A stretch of 64,000 bases of DNA. Source: Naegleria gruberi. Its lineage: Eukaryota. Numbering within the stretch: the first letter of the stretch is position 1; every line of letters starts with the position of its first letter. The stretch lies in assembly GCA_000004985.1 (NCBI GenBank), contig GG738867.1; one strand, 5' to 3'. The notes below the pieces were generated by a model that had not been told where the DNA came from, did no database searches, and saw only the letters and a program-made list of their open reading frames with translations. This document shows positions 10,555-20,394 of this stretch, piece by piece. Made by a program: the position numbers and the translations under genes.

Positions 10555-12018
10555 ATGTTTCAAGAAGAACACCACCAACACCAGTTCGGTAAATTGCTTA
10601 TTGGTAGCATGCTGCTATTGATGTGTTGCTGCTGTGTGATGATGGGTGAGGTTAGTGCAACACTTGAGGTTACGAGGGCTGAGAAACAAGCAGTTACATC
10701 TAAGGGAATTTTGCAAATTCAAGCAATTTCTAGACACTGTGATAGATTGCCAGTTTCAGAGTTGAATATTCCTAATGATCCGATTGATTTTGAAAAGATT
10801 TCCAAGTTGAAATTGGGTGAGTTAACTGGTTTGGGACAATATCAATGCAATCAAATGGGTAATAACCTGTACAATAGATACATCAGTGAACAATCATTGA
10901 ATAGAGTTAGAGGTATTTCAACACAATATGTATCAAGTGATTATTCATTTAGATCAACAGATTTAGATAGAACATTGATGAGCATGTGGTCTGTTTCAAT
11001 GGGTTTATTCAAGCAAGGAACTGGAAATACACCAATTGTTAATTTTATGAATGTAAATGATTTGGAAGGTAATTCAATGTTTTCACTTCCAAATGGTACT
11101 CAAGCAGTTCCTGTTCACACAGTTCCACAAGAGTCGGATTCAGTCTTGATTGGATATCAATTTTGTAACAGCGTAATGAAAAGAATGCATGCGGTGAATA
11201 CTCAATCAGCTATTGAATATTTCAATAAGAATCGTCAATTAATTAATGAATTGTTCAAGGTTACTGGATGGGATGCCTCTAAGGGTGATTTATCTTTGGC
11301 AACACTTGTTGATGTTTTAACAGTTCAAAAATCTCACAATTTACTTTCTCTCCAATGGGTTCATGAACATTGGGATGAGATTTGTGCATTGAGAGATGGA
11401 TATTTGAAATTAATTTATACCTATCCAGTATTTGGAAGAGAAGGAAGTAGTGATCTTGTTACATTGATGAATTACAATGTTGCTCAGACCAAAGTCAAGT
11501 ATTATCACTACTCGGCTCATGACACTACTCTGCAAGCACTTGCTGCCAGTTTGAAATTAACTGCTGATTATCCTTATTTGGCCAATCAACCAGGTTATGG
11601 ATCATTCATGGTTATGGAATTACATGAAATGAGTGATGGATCTAAGGCTGTCAGATTTGTTCATGCCAAGCAATTTAATGATACTTCATTCACTCCTCTC
11701 ACAATGACCTCATTGGGTTGCAAGAGTGAATATTGTCCATTAGAACAATTTTCTGAGCTAGTTAGTGAATATTCAATGGTCCCTTCTGATTCAACATGGT
11801 GTATGGAATGTAAAAATTCAAATAGAGATTTGTGTGCTAGCGAATTTATTCAAACCTACCAAGAATCCAATAAGGCATTGATGATTACCACTCCAATTCT
11901 TGCCTTTACTAATCTTTGCACCATTTTTATCATGATTGCAGTAATTGCTTGTTGCATTAGAAAGAATAGAAAACTAGCAAACCAACAACAAGATGCCATG
12001 TATCATGGAATGAAATAA
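10555..12018 (+). CDS. Membrane-anchored histidine acid phosphatase (branch 2 of the histidine phosphatase superfamily) with a signal peptide and a C-terminal TM; single exon, 487 aa.
   Basis: The N-terminal signal-like segment is LLIGSMLLLMCCCCVMMGEVSA. The catalytic motif is SRHCDRLP, an RHGxRxP-type motif with Cys in place of Gly. The downstream proton-donor motif is YSAHDTTL. The C-terminal TM is ILAFTNLCTIFIMIAVIACCI. Confidence 0.8.
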   Translation: MFQEEHHQHQFGKLLIGSMLLLMCCCCVMMGEVSATLEVTRAEKQAVTSKGILQIQAISRHCDRLPVSELNIPNDPIDFEKISKLKLGELTGLGQYQCNQMGNNLYNRYISEQSLNRVRGISTQYVSSDYSFRSTDLDRTLMSMWSVSMGLFKQGTGNTPIVNFMNVNDLEGNSMFSLPNGTQAVPVHTVPQESDSVLIGYQFCNSVMKRMHAVNTQSAIEYFNKNRQLINELFKVTGWDASKGDLSLATLVDVLTVQKSHNLLSLQWVHEHWDEICALRDGYLKLIYTYPVFGREGSSDLVTLMNYNVAQTKVKYYHYSAHDTTLQALAASLKLTADYPYLANQPGYGSFMVMELHEMSDGSKAVRFVHAKQFNDTSFTPLTMTSLGCKSEYCPLEQFSELVSEYSMVPSDSTWCMECKNSNRDLCASEFIQTYQESNKALMITTPILAFTNLCTIFIMIAVIACCIRKNRKLANQQQDAMYHGMK

Positions 12019-12067
12019 ATCAATATTAAAAAACAAGATTGATGTAGATTTATCTATACAAAGAGAT

Positions 12068-14455
12068 TTATTCACAAATCCTTGAGATGAGTCCATAAAA
12101 TTCAACACCTGCAAGGGAAAAATAATTATTGTTCGAAGAATTGTTAGCAGTTTGAGTAATTTTGAAATATTGATAGTATGAGGTACAATTCAAATCCCAG
12201 GAACCGGTAGAGCCTTTGAGATTCAAAGCTTGGTCATTGGTATGTGTGAAAATATCTGAATAATTGATACCGTCTGAACTTCCACTCAAAGTCCAATGAC
12301 GAAGAGCTTCTCCATCTCTAGACATGGTGTGTCTGAGAGAATATTTGGTTGGCATCACTCTAATGGTTTCAAATTTGATAATTATGAAAGCATTGGCCTT
12401 TCCAATAAGATTACATTTAGTTGGTTCATGACTCACCAAGTCCTTTGCTGAGCCAACCTCAAAGTTGGATGAGGCAGTAACAGAAAGGTACGATCTATCC
12501 ATTGGGCTAGTGTATGCTTCTTGACTGTAATTGGTACCCAACCAATACAAGATTCCATTAGTATCAAAGTCCTTTTCATAGATAAAGACACGAATTTTTC
12601 TTGGTCTCGTGCTGTAAACAGATTCATCATTCTTCTTACCTTCCAATCTGCTAACTCTACTCCACAAAGCTTCCAAAATGTCTTCCTTAGATACAAAGAG
12701 TGGATCATTCTTGAGTTTAGTCAAGAGTGGAATGCTCAAGTAGGTATATCTTACACATTTGAATATTTGGACTTTTTGTTCTTGAGTCAACTTGTCCTTA
12801 TTACTTTCAATATAGTTGCAAGCAATTTCATAAACTTGATCCTCATCTTTAGTATAAAGTTCATCACATCTCAATAATTCTACAAATGTATTTGGCAATA
12901 CATCATAAATAATTGTACTTCTACCAGAGTTGAGTAAAGTGTAAAAGTTTGCAGCCAAAATTTGTGAACATTTACCAGATTGCTCTTCCAATTCTGGTAC
13001 ATGAGAATCACAGTATTGTAAATACTTGATAGCAAGTTCTACATCCAATGATCTAGAATCTACAGATGCATTGATAATGTTTTTAAATAATTCAATATTA
13101 TCAAATGCTTTGAACTCGTCAATAAATCTCTGTACAATTTCTGAAACAATTTTAACTCTCTCTTCGGTTGGATTACTCTTCATATTCTTATTTCCAATAA
13201 TGGAGAAGAAAATATCAAGAGGGAATTTACGATCATTATCAAAGACCTTTTCCACCAACTTTTGATTAAGAATATCAAAGTTATAAGCAATAGAATCAAC
13301 ACAAATACTCTTGATAGAATTATCATTTGAAATAATAGCAGAATCCAAAACATCAAACACATTCTCTGCATTGATAAATGAAAGCAAAAAGTTTTCAACT
13401 TCACACTTCAAAGGATCTACATCTAAAAAGTTGGCCAACAACTTCAAAGAAACCACATTGTATCTGTCAATGGTAATCATACCCGAATATAAATATTCTA
13501 TTAAAATTCATATATAATTACAATTATTAATAATTAATAATAATTATTACTATTACATACCAATGACTGTTGGAAAAACTTGATCAACATTACACAATGA
13601 TAAATTAGAACTCTTCTCATCAATAACACAATCCGAAGTAGTTTGGAATATCTCTCTGAAATAGGATGATCTATAACCCAGAACCATCTTGTGTACCTTG
13701 AATTGAACACCACCACATGTAACTGTAGCATCAGTAAACAAACCAGACTTGTAGAATGGTAAAAATCCTTCAATAAACAATCCAGGAATAACTTTAGCTT
13801 GCTCAATCACTTCCAATGGAACAACATCAACTTTTTCTGTTGTTGCTGTGGCTGGTGTTACTGGAGTCGGTACAGCAGTGGTGGTTGTTGTTGGAGTTGG
13901 CAATGTAGTAGTGGCAGCAGCAACAGGTGTTGGAGTTGTTGTTGTTGCAAGAGTCGGATCAACAGGTGGAGGAACACTCTTGTACTTTGTGATGAGACTA
14001 CTCGTTGGATCGACTTGAACCAGTGATTTGTATTCCTTTGTGGCGTTGTTATAGTTTGGAATGACAGCTAGAGTGAAGAGTTTAGAGCCTTCTAAAGGTT
14101 TCTTATTTATCTTTATGCCTTTTGGTGAAGAAGCAATAACATCAGTAGCACTATCTAATGTTGTTGAATCATCTGAAGCACTAGCAGTTGTAGTAGCAAG
14201 AGTTGTTGTTGTATCATCAGCAGCTGTTGTAAATAAACTACTTGTTGTTTGAGTATCAGCGGATGAAGCTTCTTGTCCTTGATCTGTTATTGTTGTTGTT
14301 GTTACTGTTGTACCTTGAATATCTCCTCCCTCTCCATTATTTGCTATCGATGAAGATGTTGCTCCCAATGTTGCAGGCGTGGTGGTTATTGTTGTTGTTG
14401 AATCCTCACTAGTGTTTGATCCAATTTCCATTTTTTTGCTTGTTGTAAAAATCAT
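12068..14455 (-). CDS. BTB/POZ-BACK protein with a Thr-rich N-terminus and a C-terminal beta-sandwich (PHR or galactose-binding-like) domain; complement(join(12068..13497,13561..14455)), about 775 aa.
   Basis: The BTB core is TDATVTCGGVQFKVHKMVLGYRSSYFREIF. A 63-nt intron (GTATGT...TTTTAATAG, phase 1) joins to ...YLYSGMITIDRYNVVSLKLLANFLD. The C-terminal segment reads GILYWLGTNY...RHWTLSGSSDGINY...FSLAGVEFYG. Confidence 0.7.
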
Positions 14456-14601
14456 GAGTTCATCAACTTGCTTGTCTTTTCAAAGTTGAACTCAAAACCA
14501 CTTGAAAATAACAAATTATAAACTTGGAATTATTGAGAATGATAATTGAGAAAGGAATGTGAGTTTTTAATAGAGAAATAATGATTGGAAGAAGTGTGAA
14601 A

Positions 14602-17600
14602 TTATAAAATTTCCTTTCTTTGAGCATTGGGTGGTTCTCTAATTCTGGCAATTTTGATGAATTGCTCGACAGTCATGGTGCTTCCATAGAGTGCAGAGGC
14701 TTCTCGTTGTTGCTTTTGGATCATCATTTGGATTTGGAAAACTGGTTGGATGGCAAAGTCAACTCGACACTTTTCCAATCTGTTCATGGCTGTGGCAAGT
14801 TCTTCAAATTTGGCCCATCGAATCATGTTATTGTGATGTTTCACATAGGTTTCAGTTGAGTAAAAGTAGCTCAATTCTTCCTGTTGTAAAAAATCCATAA
14901 AATGATTCTGAATATACATGAGCTCTCTCAAGTGAGCTTCAACAATTGGAAGACAAGGAGTTCTGCATCCATCAAATAGGTCATTATAATTCTGATATCG
15001 AGAATCTTCAACAACTACTACATCGATATGATAATTGGATGGATCAAATCCGAAAAAGATGTCATATTTGGATTTGAAATGAATGAGGGATGGAGTTGGC
15101 ATGTGAGAGAAGGAAGAATCTTTTGATTTGGCAGTATGGTGATCCTCATAAAAGACTACGAGTGGATTAGTTTCCACTTCTTCAGCTTCATTGTCATCCT
15201 CTGAGGCAATTTGTTGCTGTTTGATTGAGTTGTTGACACTTGTTGGAATTACTCTGACAGTGCTTATTGATTCCTTTCTTCTGACAATATTTGGAGATGG
15301 AAGGGAACTTTCTACATTGACAGAAGTGGAACTATTGATAGAGAATGAGTCGAATGAGCCTGATTTTCTCATTTCTTGAACAATGGTATGGCTGTGTTTT
15401 GGGTGACCGAGATTTCTCACAATACTCTTGAAACTAAAGTTGGCATTTCCTTTGAATTTCTTTTTGGATTCATCGACAGTATGGTAGAGATTTTCCTTAA
15501 TGGCTGGATGTGAAAAGATGGTAGCAAGTGCATGGGCAGCACCATAGTTTTGCATATTGTACAATTCAATAATGATTTGCTTAATCTTGATGATCAATTC
15601 AACACGATCCTTGATGTGTGGTTTATCCAAGACATCACACATAAGCCAATTAGCTCTATCGTGGATCAACTCGAGATATTGACACAATTTAGGACAATTC
15701 ATCTTGAAATATTGAGATCTAAAATTGGAAATGGCCATATTGAAATCCAAGTAGCCATACGTCTTTTTACAATTCTTTACAGAGAGAATGGAATAATTCA
15801 AAAATTCAACACTCGAAATTTCACTATAAAAGTAATAATCCATAATAGTGAATTGTCTAGATAATTCTACAGGTGACACATCTGACCATTTGAGAGAGGA
15901 TGAAAAGACATTTGGAGGAATGTTTGGTCTTGGACATTTTGACGAGTCCATGTAAATGGTTTTGTAAAAGTGATAATATTCGTCAGTGTTGGTATTATCA
16001 TCATCAAGATTTTCATCGGTATCAATTGAAGTTTCCAAGGCATTCCTCTTTCCTCTTCTATTGTTGCCATTAGTGAAGATTACATCAGAATCTGATTCAG
16101 ATAAATGGGACGAGAAGAAATTAGACAACTTATCAGAGAATGACTCTGTGTCGGTCTTTTCAATTTCCAGCGAAGTGAATTGGGTATATTCCTTAATGCT
16201 GACCTTCTTTCTCAGATTCTTCTTACCTAAAATTGTTGCCATTTTCTTTTTCAATGTTGTATTGATAGTTTCACATAATTCGAGTGCATTTCCAACTTTT
16301 GATAGAGTCACAACCGAGTCTGGAATCTTGCTTGACTCAACCTTTTTCAATAAGTGTAGGGATTTTATCTGTTCGATAATCTTTGAGAGAAATTCGAACA
16401 TGTTTTGATTCCATTGATAGTAATATTCCGATAGCCAATAGCTCAACACATCGAGACAACAAATAATAATTTCAATACACTCTACAGTTTCCAAAAGTTT
16501 TGACATTGTGTTGGTAATTCTATCAACGTGTTCACCGACTGATTCTTCAAGAATATTATCATTAGTGACATCAGTAGAGGAAAAGACTCCCTTACTATCT
16601 AATCCGAAATTTTTCATGATCAAGATGAGTGGAAGACTCAACCTTTCGAATATTTTCAATAGGAGACCATCTGGAGACAGAATGTGAACATATCCCCTGA
16701 AGAATGCCTTTCTAAAAGTGTCCTTTGTTTCGATTCTTGTCTCAGGACGTACACAATTCTCTCCAAATACTTCGAAATAATCATTAGCAACAGTATCGTA
16801 TTCTCTGAAACGAATCTTACTCATAGTATCGAATAGTCTGTGCTCAGTGACTGTAACCATTTCAATGAGTTTGTTCAAAGTCAATCCAAATAAGACGTTG
16901 TGATTCTTATCGTCGTCTTTGAATGTATAAAAATTGGAGAATGAGTCAAATAATTCATGATGTTCTCCAGTGCTTTGATTCTTCCTCTCTATGAATAGTT
17001 TTCGTTGTTTGATATCATTTGAGGTCAGAGTTTCGAATGCAATCTTGGGAATGTTTGAGAACTCCTCCCAATAGGAAGGTTTCAGAGAGAGCTTGTTAGA
17101 TTGAGAACGAAGGAGGAATTTTTGGAAGAAATTTTGAGTTACTGTTTTCGAAGGAATGAAAGTGTTTCTTCTGATGGTACTTTCTCTCACTCTCGATTTG
17201 GCAGGCGAGAGAGGAGAATTTTTGCTCGATAAAGTGCTAGCTCTTCCATGAATGGAACGAAGCTTTTCCAATGTTTCGGCAGCTGTTGGTCTTCCAATAG
17301 GATTAGGATCCAATAATTTACAAATCAATTCGGCCAATTCAGTTCCATTAGTTACACATTCCATAACTTGTTGTCTGAGTTGGGCATGGAAATTCACATT
17401 CTGATACACCTCAATGTAAAATTGTCTATTCAAGACTTGGAACAAGAGTTCATAAAATACACAACCAAGAGACCACATATCTGTCGAATATCCATATGGT
17501 TCCTGGGACATCATTTCTGGTGAGCAATATTTAACAGTACCCAGAAGAGTTTGTTCAGAGCTAAAGCTTTGTGGAACAAGAAGCTGGTCAGTGTGAATAC

Positions 17601-18426
17601 TGCCATTATTCCTATTGAAAAAATTACCTCTTTCCTTTTCCAATTCTACTGCTTCTTCACTGGTGGAGAATTTCATCTTTTTCATAGTTTCAAAATCTCC
17701 AATCTTGATCGACTTTTCATCATTGGTAACAAAAATGTTACTCGGCTTTAAATCCAAATGTACAAATCCCTCGGAATGCAAATACTTGACACCCTCTGCA
17801 ATTTGAATCATGTAACTCAATAATTGATCTCTCGAAATGACTTCAAATATTGAATTGACATGACAATTATTCGTACTTTCGTATTGTTTAGTTTTCTTCT
17901 TCAAATAGGTATCCAAATCACCATGTTTAAAGTATTCCATTTGAAAGCAAATCCAATAACTTTGTTTCTTATCAACAAGCTGACTCAAATTCTCAACTTG
18001 CATCTTGATAGATGATGATGAATCGGAAGAAATTGAACCTGCTTCAGCAATTTCATTCTCATCCTCATCGTCATCTTCACTTCCAACAAGTAATTTGGAT
18101 TTTTCACTAGCTTCATTCTTTGTATTGGCAACAAACTGATTACCATTCACATTCCCAGTACCAGTACCAACACTATTTCCTCCTCCACCTCCTCCCAAAT
18201 TAGAATTACTATTCGAATTATTTGTATTCATAATATTTGCAAACTTTTCAAAAAAGATATCTTCAATTTCTACAAGATTTGGCGACTTTAAATGTCTCAA
18301 TTTCCATCCCTCAGATATAAATCTGTTCAACTCATCCTCCGAGTAGCATTGTGTCTTTTTGAGAACTTTTGTAATGTGCTCTCGGGTGACAATGACGAGA
18401 ACCATTTGTTGATTATTCTTCATCAT
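14602..18426 (-). CDS. Dual-domain signalling protein with an N-terminal protein-kinase-like domain (atypical motifs) and a C-terminal RasGEF (CDC25-homology) domain; single exon, 1274 aa.
   Basis: Kinase-like motifs are HLDLKPSNIFV, IKIGDFE (DFG replaced by DFE) and GTVKYCSPEM, and I see no clear GxGxxG loop. The RasGEF motifs are ELSRQFTIMDYYFYSEI, ANWLMCDVL and MQNYGAAHALATIFSHPAI. The MMKNNQ start at 18426 is ATG ATG; an additional upstream exon is possible. Confidence 0.75.
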   Translation of the reverse strand: MMKNNQQMVLVIVTREHITKVLKKTQCYSEDELNRFISEGWKLRHLKSPNLVEIEDIFFEKFANIMNTNNSNSNSNLGGGGGGNSVGTGTGNVNGNQFVANTKNEASEKSKLLVGSEDDDEDENEIAEAGSISSDSSSSIKMQVENLSQLVDKKQSYWICFQMEYFKHGDLDTYLKKKTKQYESTNNCHVNSIFEVISRDQLLSYMIQIAEGVKYLHSEGFVHLDLKPSNIFVTNDEKSIKIGDFETMKKMKFSTSEEAVELEKERGNFFNRNNGSIHTDQLLVPQSFSSEQTLLGTVKYCSPEMMSQEPYGYSTDMWSLGCVFYELLFQVLNRQFYIEVYQNVNFHAQLRQQVMECVTNGTELAELICKLLDPNPIGRPTAAETLEKLRSIHGRASTLSSKNSPLSPAKSRVRESTIRRNTFIPSKTVTQNFFQKFLLRSQSNKLSLKPSYWEEFSNIPKIAFETLTSNDIKQRKLFIERKNQSTGEHHELFDSFSNFYTFKDDDKNHNVLFGLTLNKLIEMVTVTEHRLFDTMSKIRFREYDTVANDYFEVFGENCVRPETRIETKDTFRKAFFRGYVHILSPDGLLLKIFERLSLPLILIMKNFGLDSKGVFSSTDVTNDNILEESVGEHVDRITNTMSKLLETVECIEIIICCLDVLSYWLSEYYYQWNQNMFEFLSKIIEQIKSLHLLKKVESSKIPDSVVTLSKVGNALELCETINTTLKKKMATILGKKNLRKKVSIKEYTQFTSLEIEKTDTESFSDKLSNFFSSHLSESDSDVIFTNGNNRRGKRNALETSIDTDENLDDDNTNTDEYYHFYKTIYMDSSKCPRPNIPPNVFSSSLKWSDVSPVELSRQFTIMDYYFYSEISSVEFLNYSILSVKNCKKTYGYLDFNMAISNFRSQYFKMNCPKLCQYLELIHDRANWLMCDVLDKPHIKDRVELIIKIKQIIIELYNMQNYGAAHALATIFSHPAIKENLYHTVDESKKKFKGNANFSFKSIVRNLGHPKHSHTIVQEMRKSGSFDSFSINSSTSVNVESSLPSPNIVRRKESISTVRVIPTSVNNSIKQQQIASEDDNEAEEVETNPLVVFYEDHHTAKSKDSSFSHMPTPSLIHFKSKYDIFFGFDPSNYHIDVVVVEDSRYQNYNDLFDGCRTPCLPIVEAHLRELMYIQNHFMDFLQQEELSYFYSTETYVKHHNNMIRWAKFEELATAMNRLEKCRVDFAIQPVFQIQMMIQKQQREASALYGSTMTVEQFIKIARIREPPNAQRKEIL

Positions 18427-18922
18427 GGATGAATCTGCTATGGAGAGTAAATCAGCAGCAGGAATGTTATTTGTGGAGGCATCAGAAAGAGCGAGAGAAT
18501 TATGTGGTGAAGATGATGAGATGATGATTATTGATGGGATTCGAATATTGATGACTTCCGAAACTAGAGGAAGAAATTCGTTGTGAATTGGAAACGGATA
18601 GACATTTAACCACTTGATATTGTTGTTGCGAAGATGATGACTTCATCCTCGATGCTCTGGTGAACTAGTTTAAAATGTGTTGAGATGAAGAGGCTAAATA
18701 TTATTCGAAACGAAGCAGATTTTTTTGGACTGTAATATGACAAGTTAATGAGGTGTCAGATAGGTGCATCCAATTTTGCCTTTTACAATTTCTTCCTGTA
18801 CTGTAATCAAACTCCTATTCAAAGGTTACACAATCAAATTGGCGCCATTTTAAAATCTTTTTGAAAAATAAGAAAAATAGAAAAAAGGCACAAAACTTTG
18901 GAAAAACAAATTACAAAAAAAA

Positions 18923-20216
18923 ATGTCCTTATTTTCCAACTCATTATTCACGCCTCCTACAGTTGCTAATAGTGATGATTGTAAAGATTGCACAGAGGAG
19001 GGATTTACCAGTCCTATGAGTTATGTGTGTTCCGATTGTTCCTCCAATTTGTGTTGTTATCACGGACAAAAACATATGAAGGAAAATTCTGATCATTCTG
19101 TTGTAGCTAAATCAGCTTACAGTAGTAATAGTAGTAGTAATAGTGGAAATGTAACAACAAGTGGTAGCAATTTGTTTGGATTTATGAGTTCTTCTTCTTC
19201 TTCTGGTATTTTCGGATCAACAAGTAATAGTGCTAATAGTATTTTCGGATCAACAAGTGGAACAACAAGTGGTGGTGGTTTGTTTGGTAATAGTAGCAGT
19301 ACTAATAATTCTGGATCGATATTTAGTGGTGCTTTTTCAACTTCATCCCCGATTGTTGAGCTTACTCCAGAGGAAATTATGAAGAAAAATCTTGAAGCTG
19401 TTGAAATGTTTGAGAATAGTAGGGATTCTGCATTATCACTCTTTATTGCAATGCATAACCATGTTCCTGTTAACAATAGTTGTAAATTGATTTTGGTTGT
19501 AAGTGAAATATTTTCTAATTTTTTCATCTATTTGAAATATTGTTAGGGAGATAGCTGTGGAAAATCATCCTTTGTTAAAAGATTAATCTCAAATGAATTC
19601 CATGGGCCATACATTCCAACCCTTGGTGTCTCTGTTCATGCAAAGGTAAGCTCTCTTGATTAATATTAATTCAAATTGACTTTATTGAAGAAATTTGAAA
19701 CAACCCATGGTGATATCACTTTCAACATTTGGGATTGTGCAGGTCAAGAAAAGTTTGGAGGCAAGTTGACTTTATTAAGCAATTCTAATATTATTTTATA
19801 ACATTTTAGGATTGAGAGAAGGTTATTATATCAATGGTAATTGTGCCATCATTATGTTTGATTGTGTAAATTCTTTGAAAAGTGTTAATAATTGGCTTAG
19901 AGATGTTGTAAGAATTTGTGAAGGCATTCCAATTGTATTGTGTCTCAATAAGGCTGATCTCTTATCAGAGGAAGCAAGACAAAGACTCAAATTTGAAATA
20001 GCAGGTTTTCGTGGTCGTATTCTCAACTATTTCGAGTTGTCAAATAAGGATTCATTGAATTTGGAAGATCCACTCGAATATTTGGCCAAAGCACTGCTCA
20101 AAAACAAACATGTTTCATTCTTTTCCAAGGTAAGAAAGCAACAAGAAAATGTATTCCATCAAAAGCTTCAAAACACTTCCATGACAGCAGATGCCAACAT
20201 CAAGACAATTGAGTAA
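18923..20216 (+). CDS. Ran-like small GTPase with a 192-aa N-terminal extension (Cys/His zinc-finger-like cluster plus FG repeats); join(18923..19498,19547..19645,19691..19760,19810..20216), 384 aa.
   Basis: G1 is GDSCGKSSFVKR, G2 is PTLGVSV, G3 is WDCAGQEKFGG|LREGYY and G4 is NKAD, with the Ran-like CAIIMFD...NWLRDVVRICEGIPIVLC. The N-terminus has CKDC...CSDCSSNLCCYHGQKH followed by GIFGS/SIFGS/GLFGN repeats. The introns are GTAAGT..TGTTAG (48 nt), GTAAGC..TTGAAG (45 nt) and GCAAGT..TTTTAG (49 nt, GC-AG). Confidence 0.8.
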
Positions 20217-20394
20217 ATTAATCTACAGAATTGTTGTAAAATGAATATTGCGGTTTACTCCAACTCTTGATGAACAGTTCTGTTGATCCATGATGGGGTA
20301 ATAGACAACGATCCGTGTCCAGTACAGAAAAGACTGTTGATGAACGATACATTCCATTACATTCCACCATTACCAAATTTTCCACAAAAACGAA

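Noticed and set aside
18430-18670. A possible upstream exon (MKSSSSQQQYQVVKCLSV...) for the kinase-RasGEF gene.
   Set aside because: It shows no Gly-loop or kinase subdomain I sequence and has no splice donor that joins in frame to the MMK exon. I have kept it only as a caveat in the findings.
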